Shown: one piece after another, positions 48,491 through 59,866 of the stretch
Layout: the number at the start of each line of letters is the position of its first letter
How positions within the stretch are numbered: the stretch's first letter is position 1
From: Macrostomum lignano
Taxonomy: Eukaryota
Assembly: GCA_002269645.1 (NCBI GenBank)
Contig: NIVC01001988.1
Coordinates: 62,001 to 126,000 of the forward strand
Direction: 5' to 3'
DNA: 64,000 nt
Program-made: the position numbers and the translations under genes
The notes under the pieces: generated by a model
Seen by the model: only the letters and a program-made list of their open reading frames with translations
The model's database searches: none
What the model was told of the DNA's origin: nothing

Positions 48491-49247
48491 CCAGATTGCA
48501 ACTAAGTATCTGAAAAGGGAAGGAACTATTTTTCAGATGGGACCGATCGTTTGTCAGGGAGGGTATGAGTTTGCTGTCAAGAAAGGCCAAATTGAATGTC
48601 AGGGAGGGCTGAATGGGCTACCACATGCGCGAGTCTGTTACCCGGGACACCTGAGTCTGTTCCAACGGCTGGACAGCACCGACGCTGCAGTTCAGCGGTG
48701 TCCAGTGCAGCCATGGTCCGTCTGCCTACAATTTAAATATAAACTTCATGTCAAGCAAAGACTGGAATTGCATAGCCTCACACGCCCGACATATAAAACG
48801 TGTGCTGGCATGTTAATTTGACGTGCGACTCCCGAATTCCCCGTCAGAGCAATGCAAAGCGCACTGCGGGCAGTTGAGCTGGGAGGGAGAACTGCCGACA
48901 TTTTTGTGAATTTTTTTACCCTCCTCTTAGCTGCTCTGTTTGCTCTGCTGTAACTTGTCATTCTGACTGCGGTACGTCAGCCCCCACCCCCCTGCCATGT
49001 GGTAGCAACTGGAACTGAAAGTCTAGAAGAGTCAGACTGGCCTGTTTTTGACGAGTACGTTGAAGAAATTGAAAAAATTTCAGCAATCCACATTTTTTTT
49101 ACTGAAACTCCAAAGAAACTACTAACTGTTGTGTGTAAGTAGTAAGGAACGATTTTTAAGCATAATGCTAGGAAAAAAGTGAAAATTTCATATATGACAC
49201 ATACATGTATTGAAGTTGTACTTCTCATCCCCACCCGGTCCCGACAG

Positions 49248-49500
49248 AGTCTGCCTGGAACGCGAGCGGGCCGCCAGAGAGGCCGCCGAGTCGCGACGTC
49301 GCGAGCTAGAGGACCGGGTGCAGGAGCTGGAGCGAATGCAGGCCGGAATGTCGGACGAGCGCGAGGAGCGGGCGAGTCGGCTGGCCGACATGGAGCGCCA
49401 GATGGAGGAAATCCAGCGACAGAAAGACGAGCTGGAGGCGGCCAGGGCGCGGGTTGAAGAAATCCGGCTCCAGCTGGAGTCTGAGGCGCAGCTCAGCCAA
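49248..49500 (+). CDS. Moe: ERM exon 6 (alpha-helical/coiled-coil)
   Basis: CGACAG|A GTC TGC completes the phase-2 Arg codon; VCLERERAAREAAESRRRELE...SEAQLSQ|GTGCGC. Confidence 0.88.
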
Positions 49501-49504
49501 GTGC

Positions 49505-50100
49505 GCAAACTGCACAAACCCCAAACTGCACAAGCACCAAACTGCACAAACCCTAAACTGCACAAACCCCAAACTGCACAAACCCCAAACTGCACAAACC
49601 CCAAACTGCACAAACCCCAAACTGCACAAACCCCAAACTGCGCAAACCCCAAACTGCACAAACCCCAAACTGCACAAACCTCAAACTGCACAAACCCCAA
49701 GCTGCACAAACCTCAAACTGAACAAACCCCAAACTGCACAAACCTCAAACTGCACAAACCCCAAGCTGCACAAACCTCAAACTGAACAAACCCTAAACTG
49801 CACAAACCTCAAACTGCACAAACCTCAAACTGAACAAACCCTAAACTGCACAAACCCTAAACTGCACAAACCCCAAACTGAACAAACCCTAAACTGCACA
49901 AACCCTAAACTGCACAAACCCTAAACTGCACAAACCCCAAACTGCACAAACCCTAAACTGCACAAACCCTAAACTGCACAAACCCTAAACTGCACAAACC
50001 CTAAACTGCACAAACCCTAAACTGCACAAACCCTAAACTGCACAAACCCTAAACTGCACAAACTCCAAACTGCACAAACCACAAACTGCACAAACCCCAA
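49505..50100. repeat. 16-bp minisatellite AAACTGCACAAACCC(T/C) filling ERM intron 6
   Basis: The array begins 4-5 nt after the donor GT. Confidence 0.96.
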
Positions 50101-50203
50101 ACGCTAGGCTGGACTGCTTTTCTTCAGTAGGCAATCTGCTGTATCGTCAATGCAGTCAGGAGAAAAGTCCAACAAACTGTGTCTCAATCGGATAATATTC
50201 CAG

Positions 50204-50310
50204 GAGGAGCGTCGTCGCCTTCAAGAGGAGAATCAACGAGCTCAGGCGCTCGTCGCGGCGCGTGAAGACGAGGCGCGCCAGGCAGCCGAGGAGCTGCAGA
50301 CGATGCGAGG

Positions 50311-50343
<33 letters not shown>

Positions 50344-50510
50344 CCAGCGCCACCAGGCGGTCCACTCGGCGGCTCCGGCTGCTCCCGAGCCGGCGGTGCA
50401 GCCAAGGCGTGCCAACCAGGCGCTGGCAGCGGCGACGCCCCAGAAGATGCAGCCGTCGATGACGGCGGCGCCGACGCAGCACCTGCGAGAGATCGACGAC
50501 GAGCCGCAAA
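50204..50510 (+). CDS. Moe: ERM exon 7 (coiled coil, poly-Q, linker)
   Basis: TTCCAG|GAG; EERRRLQEENQRAQAL...QQQQQQQQQ...EIDDEPQ A|GTGAGT, phase 1. Confidence 0.85.
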
Positions 50511-50780
50511 GTGAGTGGGCGGGCAGAAGTTTTGCTGTAGCAAATTAATTATTATTTCCTGCAAGCGGCTGCTAAGTCGATAGTCCTTAACTCCCTCAAT
50601 ACCACTAATCATTAATTAACTCTCTGGTTAAATCACTCAGCAACTACTAAAGTCTAGTTAAAAGCATCGTCATCAGTCTTTATAATTTCTGCGTCGTTAA
50701 TAAGCTAAAAAAAGTCACGTGATCTAATTTTGCATCGATGAAACGAATGATGTCTCAATTTCAAACGCGACTTCCGCCAG

Positions 50781-50873
50781 TACAACCAACGAGGTCATCC
50801 GAGGTCAACGCCAGCCGTGTGGCGGCCCGCACTGCCTCCCACTCAAGCAGCGGCAGCGTGTCCGCAGCCTCAG
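50781..50873 (+). CDS. Moe: Candidate ERM cassette exon (93 nt, phase 1-1)
   Basis: CTTCCGCCAG|TA CAA...TCA G|GTTTTG; a GC-rich, in-frame, stop-free island in an AT-rich intron. Confidence 0.45.
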
Positions 50874-51422
50874 GTTTTGATCCCTTTTTGTTTGCCAGCA
50901 CTGATGCAGTTCATTTGCCGAGTTAATTTTGAGTGGCGTTGGTGTTGTAGTCTGCTGCGTGCACTATATTGCGCGTCCTTGGTAGAGGACAAGCACTTAT
51001 CCTTTATTTCTACGTTTTCCTGGGAGAGAGAGGTGTGCGCATTTCGTCTGGTGGCAGCGGTGGGATCCAAATCCCCGCCATCTTTCCGTCTTTCATGGTG
51101 TCTCAACTTTATCAACCTCAGTACCTCGTAGACACTTTGGTTGGATGAGCAGTCAAAGACCACAGTTGCACACAGAGACGTGCGTATGGAAATTTACAAG
51201 TAGCTTCGAAATGCTTCATTGAAAAGTTTTTTATCGATTTGTTTTAAGTTACCAAATTGACCGACTTTCGCTATCTGTACTTTTATTCTTTCATTGCGAG
51301 TTTGTATTTTGTTCTTCAAGATTGTCTATTCACATTTTCAAAGTAATTTAGTTGGGTTTGAAAGCAATTGAAAGCACAACGTGTTCTTTATACAAGTGGA
51401 TTTGCTCGTTCTTGTACAAGCT

Positions 51423-51723
51423 AGGGGTTTTAGCCTAGTGGTTTGACAGCCGGGCTCGCGACTTGAAGGTCGGGGATTCGATTCCCGATCCCACTGGAAC
51501 AATCTGTCTCCTTGAGCAAGACACTTAATTCTGCATTGCTTCAGTTCACCCAGCTGCAAAATGGATGCCAGCATTAGCTGGGGTAGTTGAGGCTGTGTGT
51601 GGCGACCCCCCAGCCCTTGGACTGAACAGCCGTACGCAGCCTTCAGATGCGCCGCGCAATAGCTGCGGCTGAGCTGTCGGTGCACATCTGGCCCAATTGG
51701 GGTGTAATCAATTATTATATAAT
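51423..51723 (+). mobile_element. tRNA-derived CORE-SINE
   Basis: A box TAGCCTAGTGG (51431-51441), B box GATTCGATTCCC (51475-51486), CORE-like CCTTGAGCAAGACACTTAA...CAGTTCACCCAGCTGCAAAATGG (about 51510-51563), AT-rich tail, and TSD TACAAGCT (51415-51422 and 51724-51731). Confidence 0.8.
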
Positions 51724-52285
51724 TACAAGCTTGGACTTCCGGCCTTCCAGAAGATAAGAAGCTGGTTGATTTACAGCAAGAAACCGAAAATGCTCTACAT
51801 CGATTTTGTCTTTTGAAGCAACATATTCCTGTAGATTTGAAGTTGTCACGACATCTTACGAGCAGTGATCCATGTGATCTTAGTCTGCTTTTTGTTTTCT
51901 ATAGTTTGAATCCACTAATGTCGCATAAAAATTTGTTTTATTGTGGTAATTGGTGCAGGGAATCTGTACGTTCCATGATTCATTTTATAAATGCGAATCA
52001 AACCTGTTTAAATTATTTTTTTATTTTTTAGCCAATTAGTTTGTAAGGGGCTTCGGGCACTGTCGAGTTTGGGATCTGCGCCTTGACGGTTGTCCCTCAA
52101 GAACATAAACCCTACGATCGACAAGCCCACGAGCACAATCTCAAACGCATAGAAAGTGCGTGCTCGGGGTCAGTGCTCGGGGTCAGTGCTCGGGGTCAGT
52201 GCTCGGGGTCAGTGGAGCGGGCATGGCTGCATGGCCTCATCCTCGCTTGCAGCGGCTGACCAACCCACCCGCCATCCAACTGCAG

Positions 52286-52560
52286 AGGAGCGCAACTACA
52301 GCCTGGAGACGTTCCAAAACGGCGAGCCGACGGTGCCCCGAGCCGAATACCGGGAGGAGTACATGCACAGCCGCGACGTGAAGGCCCGCCTGGACGAGAT
52401 GCGTGACCAGTTCCGCTCAGTGCGACATGAAGACCGAGTCCAGCCCATCGACAAAATCCACGAGAGCAACGTGCGCGAGGGCCGGTCGAAATTCCGCACG
52501 CTGCAGAAAATTCGAATGGGCAACACGAAGAAAAGAATCGACGAGTTTGAGTCCATGTGA
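52286..52560 (+). CDS. Moe: ERM last exon (C-ERMAD, actin-binding)
   Basis: ...[35 protein letters not shown], the ERM-specific tail with the regulatory Thr. An alternative in-frame acceptor lies at 52252. The spliced product is about 600 aa. Confidence 0.93.
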
Positions 52561-54904
52561 GCAAACTAAGGACAACTGTGCGGTCCCCTGTAAACTTCCC
52601 ATCGTAACTTCGCGTGTAAAAGTTTCAAGAGTCACTTCAATTCGTTCTGACATTCGAGAATGAGAAGTGATCTTGCAACTGCTTTAGCATTCAAGCACCA
52701 GTGTTGAGTGCAATTGTGTTCGCTAAATTATTCTGTTGATATCTGCTCTTTATGCCACACTGGATATTTATTGTCACCAGGAGTAAATGGGTTACTTTAT
52801 GGGACGCAGCCACAGTGGTCCTTCATTGATTTACAAAAAGTACATCATGGCAGTCGATCAAACGAGAAGCCTGCCAATGAAAAAGTTTGCATGGTTGCGC
52901 CCTGATGGTATGTCCTTGTGCCTATGATTGAAACGATGTAAAATAGTTTTTCTTTTGGTGTCAGATTTTTTAAACTTGTAGCAGAATTGTTTTTGTCCAA
53001 TGTGCGTGCACTGCTTTTGCTTTTGCAACTTGAAACTCTACGTATTCGAGCTTCCTTCAAGGTTTTAATATTTGTCTTTATACTCTGAGACTTCCCTGCA
53101 CCCACAGCTTCACAAACAGCTTTTGCAATTTGCGTCTTTGTCTTCCACAGTTTATTTTTGTCACAATTTTTTGTGCACCTTTGACTTCATCTTCAGTAGC
53201 TGCAATTTGTGACGCTCAGAATTTGAGCAACTCTTCAATTCGTGGGAAGAAAGTTAGGGATTGAAATGAACGCATCAGTGATTGATTAAGTGTCCTTCCA
53301 TCAGTGGGCTCCTCAAATCAATTGATAATTCTATAGCCGCAAAACCGATTCCCCCGATAATTAATCTCATAATCCTTTAGCAACTCTGTGCAACTGTTTT
53401 GAACTTGTGTTTATTTAACTGCGCCATGGTAGCATGTCTTGCACTTCTATTTTTAGAAAACTTCAGCCATGCGTCGCATCAAGCCGGATGTACAAGTACA
53501 TCTAGAGCAAAAACTTCAAAGTGTTTACAAGCCAATCTATCACCTTTGCCTAGCATTGTCCAAACCCATATTATATTCTATATCATGCCAGGTCACCATA
53601 AACAGTTGCCCCTCCCATACTGTACTTTTTAGTTATATGTACATCTACGATACCTATAGTTACTACCTGTACCAGCATTTATATGTGCTCGATTATTTGT
53701 TCCTCTTGTTGCGGTGTTGAAAATCGCTAATTATTATATTTTCTCTATCTCACTGATCTAAAACTTTGAGCAAACAGCTGCAAACTACATGTACCTGCAT
53801 GGCCATTTTCGAACGCTGGAAGATGCCACAGCCTTTTCTGCCTTTTTCATTCCCGCTTATTGATACACATTTCACCTTGGCCACAAGGGGCGCTGCTGGT
53901 CTCCATGCGCTGTGTGTTTCATTGCAATAAACAAGTAATGATATTGATAAAAATTTAAATTAGTACTTGTAATTGTCACCTTCTCATTACCGTCTTTTTG
54001 ATGCTTTTTGATGTCCTTTTGACATGCACATTTATGCTTAATTAGTATCGTATTAAAAATGGTCATAAACTGACAATTCACAAGGCACAAGTGCAGTGTA
54101 GTCCCCTTCTGCTCGAACAACGCAAAAATCTCGTCGGTAGTGACAAAAAGTGTAGACTATGCCAAAATTTGCATTTCGATTTTATTTCATCATCCTATCT
54201 AAGTTTTATGCTTTCAAGACTGTTGGGGTATAGTTATCGCTGTTTAGCTACAATAAGTTTAATAGAATCTACACTTACTTATACATGGATACTTACATGA
54301 AGTGACAGATACTTGCTGCCCTTTGATCGTTGAGACAATGATGATTCATGCGATTGGAAGGCTTTCCGGGCTTTAGAGTGCAGAAAATGATTGTTTAGAG
54401 CTCTGGCCTTCCACTCCAGATATTGTTGTCATTAAGTACCCGATATGGCTAATCGAGAATCGACAGCGAGAGACATCTTGCGCAATTGCCGACCGACTCC
54501 ATCTAGCAGGCCACATCGCACTAATCATCATTTTTAACATTTATACATGCCTTTTTGCTGGCCAGATTTAGCGCAGGAGTTTTAAATAGGATGAGGCCCT
54601 CAATGGGTCATGTTTCATTCAAGGACAACATAACTTCAGTTGTCCTTGGTTTCATTACTATCAACGTCGCTCTTTAAATCCCACCGACAACCCCTCCTGA
54701 ACCTCTGAAAAAACGCTTCAATTTTTTCCTAGTGATCTCCTGCAAGAAAAAGATCCAATGTACCTGTGGGAGCGAATGGCTTTGCCTTTGTTGTCCTGTA
54801 CTGCTCGAGATGCTCTGTCGGTTTAGCAACATGAAATGATAGCCGCAAGTTTGAAGGTTCTGCTTTTTTTGAGGGTGCGATCGATGACTAATTAAATGTA
54901 CTCG

Positions 54905-55145
54905 TAGTCTCTATTTTCTCTGTGTCTCCCTATGTTTCCATGTGTCTCCCTGTCTTTTCTCTGTGTCTCCCTATGTTTGTTTCCATGTGTCTCCCTGTCT
55001 TTTCTCTGTGTCTTCCAGTATCTCCCTGTCTTTTCTCTCTGTCTCCCTGCGTCTCCCTGTGTCTCTGTGTCTTTTCTCTGTGTGTCCCTGTGTCTCATTG
55101 TGTCTCACTGTGTCTCCGTGTCTTTTCTCTGTCTCTCTGTGTCTC
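54905..55145. repeat. CT/GT-rich degenerate microsatellite
   Basis: CTGTGTCTCCCT-type units. Confidence 0.9.
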
Positions 55146-55147
55146 CT

Positions 55148-56122
55148 GAAAGACCGGAAGACTGAAAGACCGGAAGACTGAAAGACTGGAAGACCGGAAG
55201 ACTGAAAGACTGGAAGACTGGAAGACTGGAAGACTGGAAGACTGGAAGACTGGAAGACTGGAAGACTGGAAGACCGGAAGACCGGAGACCGGAAGACAGG
55301 AAGACCGGAAGACTGGAAGACTGGAAGACCGGAGACCGGAAGACAGGAAGACCGGAAGACTGGAAGACTGGAAGACCGGAAGACCGGAGACCGGAAGACA
55401 GGAAGACCGGAAGACTGGAAGACGGAAGACCGGAGACCGGAAGACAGGAAGACCGGAAGACTGGAAGATCGGAAGACTGGAAGACCGGAAGACCGGAAGA
55501 CCGGAAGACCGGAAGACTGGAAGACCGGAAGACTGGAAGACTGGAAGACTGGAAGAGCAGAAGACTGGAAGACTGGAAGACCGGAAGACTGGAAGACTGG
55601 AAGACCGGAAGATGGGAAGACCGGAAGACTGGAAGACTGGAAGACCGGAAGACTGGAAGACTGGAAGAGCAGAATACTGGAAGACTGGAAGAGAGAAAGA
55701 CTGGAAGACCGGAAGATGGGAAGACCGGAAGACTGGAAGACTGGAAGACCGGAAGACTGAAAGACTGGAAGACCGGAAGACTGAAAGACTGGAAGACTGG
55801 AAGACTGGAAGACTGGAAGACTGGAAGACTGGAAGACCGAAACACTGGAAGACTGGAAAACTGGAAGACCGGAAGACCGAAAGACCGGAAGACTGGAAGA
55901 CCAGAAGACTGGAAGACCGGAAGACTGGGAGACAGGAAGACCGGAAGACTGGAAGACTGGAAGAGCAGAAGACTAGAAGACTGGAAGACTGGAAGACTGG
56001 AAGAGCGGAAGACCGGAAAACTGGAAGACTGGAAGAGAGGAAGACTGGAAGAGAAGAAGACTGGAAGACCGGAAGACTGGAAGAGCGGAAGACTGGAAGA
56101 CTGGAAGACCGGAAGATTGGAA
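55148..56122. repeat. 8-bp minisatellite GAAGAC(T/C)G
   Basis: About 1 kb of tandem units. Confidence 0.96.
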
Positions 56123-56169
56123 GACGTGAGAAAGTGAGACAGTGAGAGCTTCGTTAGAATGATTTGACG

Positions 56170-56620
56170 ATGGGGTGCCAGAGAGACCTGACAGTCTCCA
56201 GGCAGGGCCACATTCAGTGTCGTGTTCTCGAAGGTCGCAAAGCAGATCGTGCCAGGCTATCGGCGGTTTTAGACTCCCGAACCAGCCGAGAGGCTTCGGC
56301 GCTGGCGGCAAGCCATTGCTCACGGTTTTCGGAGACCGAGCGCCGCAGGGGGTTGCGGCGCTTGATGGCAGCGCGAGCTTCGGGAGTCAAGCCACGTTTG
56401 TTGCTTGATGCTCTTTGGAACAGTCTTGCCCACGTGCTCATGGCCGTGCTGTGCACCAGGTCGGTGAAGTGGGCAAGGCATTTGTGCACCGAGAGAGAGA
56501 GTGGAGATTGTGCGGTCGTCTGCAGGCAACCCAACCAGTGAGGCCCGGGGCGACCTCTCGGCGTTTCATTGAACTTGATTCGGTCGGCGGCTCTTGGATT
56601 TGCGCCAAAGCTTTTTTGGA
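56170..56620 (-). pseudogene. Possible degenerate non-LTR retrotransposon linker fragment
   Basis: Across two frames: FTDLVHSTAMST / VGKTVPKSIKQQTWL / TPEARAAIKRRNPLRRSVSENREQWL, resembling the EN-RT linker (PW.TPE...AI..RN.L). Similarity was judged by eye only. Confidence 0.35.
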
Positions 56621-56856
56621 CTGAAGTTATTTTGATTTTTTGTAGCTAAAGGATAATTTCTTTAATAAACAGTGAAGTAAGCCAATAACTCTATTAATAG
56701 ACTATAATGAAACTCGTCACGACTACGAGCAATTCATTTTTTTTGTAAGCGTGAATTCAAATTTAGTAAAAGCATTTTAAATTAGCTGCGCAGCGCGCTC
56801 AAAATCGCGCCGGTTTAAAAAAACTCTCACAATCTTCACCTCACGTTATGACTGCG

Positions 56857-59193
56857 ACGCATTTGTTTCCCCATTGATATTCGCATTAATATTCGAATTT
56901 TAACAAAAGCAAAATACTAAAAGCAACCCGTAGCATGAAACTATACACAGAGTAAACTGCAACCGTGAAACGACTATTGGTCAAGTTTCAGCTCGATTTG
57001 TAACTTTGGCTCTGAGCAGGAGCGATTTTCGATGTGTTCCATTTAAAATACATGTGATTCCAAAATTCATATTGATATTCGAGTACAGGTACGAGCGTAC
57101 TTCTGCTTCACTGATCTTGACGAAACTTTACACAGAGTAAACTGCAACCGTGAAACGACTATTGGTCAAGTTTCAGCTCGATATGTAACTTTGGCTCTGA
57201 GCAGAAGCGATTTTCGATGTGTTCTATTTAAAATACATGTGATTCCAAACAACAACAACAACAACAGAGTACGCTGCCAGTTCGCAAAAGCAGCGTCAGA
57301 TGGCGCGCTTTGAAGCTTGGGCGCGAGCAAAGGCCGCACCGCCGGCAGAGTCCGGGGCGCCGGCGTCAGCCAGCAGACAGTCGACGTAGCGCCGAGTCCT
57401 CGCCTGTCCCCGCCGGTAGGGTGCCTGCAACGTAAGAAGCAGCACCTCCTGCACCGGCTCCGGACAGTAGGCCTCGGCGCGGATGACGTGGCCTGCCAGC
57501 TGGAGTCGCCGACGGCGCAGCAGATCGCTAGGACGGGCCAGGCCGGCGCGATGATAGAGCGCCGTGTTGGTGACTCACTCGTTGCCGATCTTGAAGGCGG
57601 CGCGCAGCAGGCCAGCGTGCGCCGCGTCGACTTGAGCCTCGAGCGAGTCTGTCAGCGTCCAGGTCTCGGCGTTGTATAACAGGACGGTCTCGATCACCGC
57701 CTGGAACAGCGCCGCCCTCTGGCGGTCCGGTAGGGCCTCGGACTGCAGAACTGACCTTATAGAACGAAAGGCAGCCCAGGAAAGTCCTCGGGGACGCCGC
57801 AGATCCTCGCGGACGTCGGGAACCAGACCGCCGAGGTAGACGAACTGCTGACATCTTGGAAGCTCACTCGCCTGTCCGTCAGCGCCTCGGCAGAAGATTG
57901 CAGCCTCGGTGTCGTCCGGCACGCATAGCACGACGGTCTTCTGCGTGTTGACCACCAGGCCGACGCTCGCCGCAACGGCAACCAGCCTATCCAGCTGTCG
58001 TTGGGCGCCCTCGACGGTCGAGGACAGCAGGGCGAGGTCATCGGCGTAGCCAAGCACGCTAAGCCGTCTCTCCGGTTGGCGTCGACCCACGCGTCGCCGC
58101 AGCAGGAAGCCGTCGTCGTTGGAAGGCAGAGCAGTCCGTAGCACCCAGTCAAGCACCAGAATAAATAGGAACGGCGCTAGCGTATCTCCCTGGAGCACCC
58201 CGGAGGATGTCTCGAAGAAATCCGATAGGCCGTCCGGTGTTGAGACAGCAGCCGTCGTGCCCGTGGTACAGCGCCATGACAGCAGAAATCAGCAGCTCTG
58301 GCACGTTGTACGCGGCGCTCACGAAAGCGCACAAGCACGTGGTCGAGCTGTGCCAGCCTCCGCGTAGCGTTCCGGCCGCGCGCGTTCCGCCGCCTCCGCT
58401 TGCAGCCCACGAAGGTCGCGAGCCTGCCCAGTGACTTGCGGAATCTGGTGTTGGCCGACACCATGTCCTGTCTCTCCAGGAAGTCCTCTAGCGCTCCGGT
58501 GTTGCCGTTCTCGCGCGCTGTCACGAACAGCGATCGCTCGGACCTACGCAGAACTGCGTTCAGGTCTCCGAGAATTACCACTGTGTCACGTTGCACCATC
58601 TCCTCCATCTGTACTCGAATATCAATATGAATTTGGAATCACATGTATTTTAAATAGAACACATCGAAAATCGCTTCTGCTCAGAGCCAAAGTTACATAT
58701 CAAGCTGAAATTTGACCAATAGTCGTTTCACGGTTGCAGTTTACTCTGTGTAAAGTTTCGTCAAGATCAGTGAAGCAGAAGTACCTGTACTCAAATATCA
58801 ATATGAATTTTGGAATCACATGTATTTTAAATGGAACACATCGAAAATCGCTTCTGCTCAGAGCCAAAGTTACAAATCGAGCTGAAACTTGACCAATAGT
58901 CGTTTCACGGTTGCAGTTTACTCTGTGTAAAGTTTCGTCAAGATCAGTGAAGCAGAAGTACCTGTACTCGAATATCAATATGAATTTTGGAATCACATGT
59001 ATTTTAAATGGAACACATCGAAAATCGCTCCTGTTTAGAGCCAAAGTTACAAATCGAGCTGAAACTTGACCAATAGTCGTTTCACGGTTGCAGTTTACTC
59101 TGTGTAAAGTTTCATGCTACGGGTTGCTTTTAGTATTTTGCTTTTGTTAAAATTCGAATATCAATGCGAATATCAATGGGGAAACAAATGCGT
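56857..59193. mobile_element. Foldback/Mutator-like element with long modular inverted arms, enclosing an RTE fragment
   Basis: The left arm 56857-57249 and right arm 58609-59193 are reverse complements (ACGCATTTGTTTCCCC...GGGGAAACAAATGCGT), built from 177-bp subunits. TSD ATGACTGCG at 56848-56856 and 59194-59202. Confidence 0.88.
57250..58608 (-). mobile_element. RTE-clade non-LTR retrotransposon, 5'-truncated, internally deleted, inactivated
   Basis: An APE fragment (VVILGDLNA...LDHVL) abuts the RT core (GVLQGDTLAPFLF...GYADDLALL...FVYLG...LLYNAETW). There is a frameshift near 58260, an internal TGA at 57575, the natural stop near 57298, a short 3'UTR and a (GTT)n tail at 57250-57266. Confidence 0.9.
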
Positions 59194-59698
59194 ATGACTG
59201 CGCCGCCGCTGCGTGCGAGTGCTAACCTACTCACGAAGGAATTATATGGGTTTTGCCCAAGATGTCAGTTTATAATTCAATCGGTAAGATAACTTGTATT
59301 CTTCAAGAATAATTTGCTAAACTCCAGTCTTGAATGGCATTATAGATAGGCCTAGCACGATTTTGAGTTTAGCAAACGATTCCTAAAGATTGCCTGTTAT
59401 CCAAATTTTATAAACTTATTTTAATAAAATTTTCAACTTTTCCTTCATTTATCAATATCAATAATAATATTGTTATGCTGTCTTTTTCTTCCTATCTCTG
59501 CTGTTAGGCCTAGCCTTATTAGTTAGGCTTTAGCTTCTTATTATTTATACATACAAGAATAATTTATTGATAGCCTAATAATAATATATTTATTATTTAA
59601 ATTTATTATACAATAAATCTACAATAGGCTTACTGCATAATAAAACATGGAAACATTTTAAATACTATGTATAAAAAGGCAAAATGAATACCTAGGCT

Positions 59699-59866
59699 AT
59701 ATAACTTTTGCTAGCATATTTTTAGACACATTGTCTAACATTTAAGTGTTGGAAGATGTGTCGGCAAAAGTTAATTGTTATGACACTTTCTGACACCTTT
59801 TGCAACATTTTTAGTGTTGTAAAAAGTGTTGGAAGATGTGTCTAAAAATGTATTGGCAAAAGTTAT
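59699..59866. mobile_element. Small palindromic MITE-like unit
   Basis: TATAACTTTTGCTAGCATATTTTTAGACACAT is mirrored by ATGTGTCTAAAAATGTATTGGCAAAAGTTATA; both ends are TA. Confidence 0.45.

Noticed and set aside
51423-51495. tRNA gene
   Set aside because: It has A and B boxes but continues into a CORE domain and tail with a TSD, and no clean cloverleaf is evident, so it is a SINE head.
52845-53230. Cys/Lys-rich minus-strand frames after the ERM stop (possible transposase relic)
   Set aside because: Multiple stops and no motif I can name with confidence.
53878-53896. CTCF-like motif TGGCCACAAGGGGCGCTG
   Set aside because: It is one base short of consensus spacing, a single occurrence, and has no supporting context.
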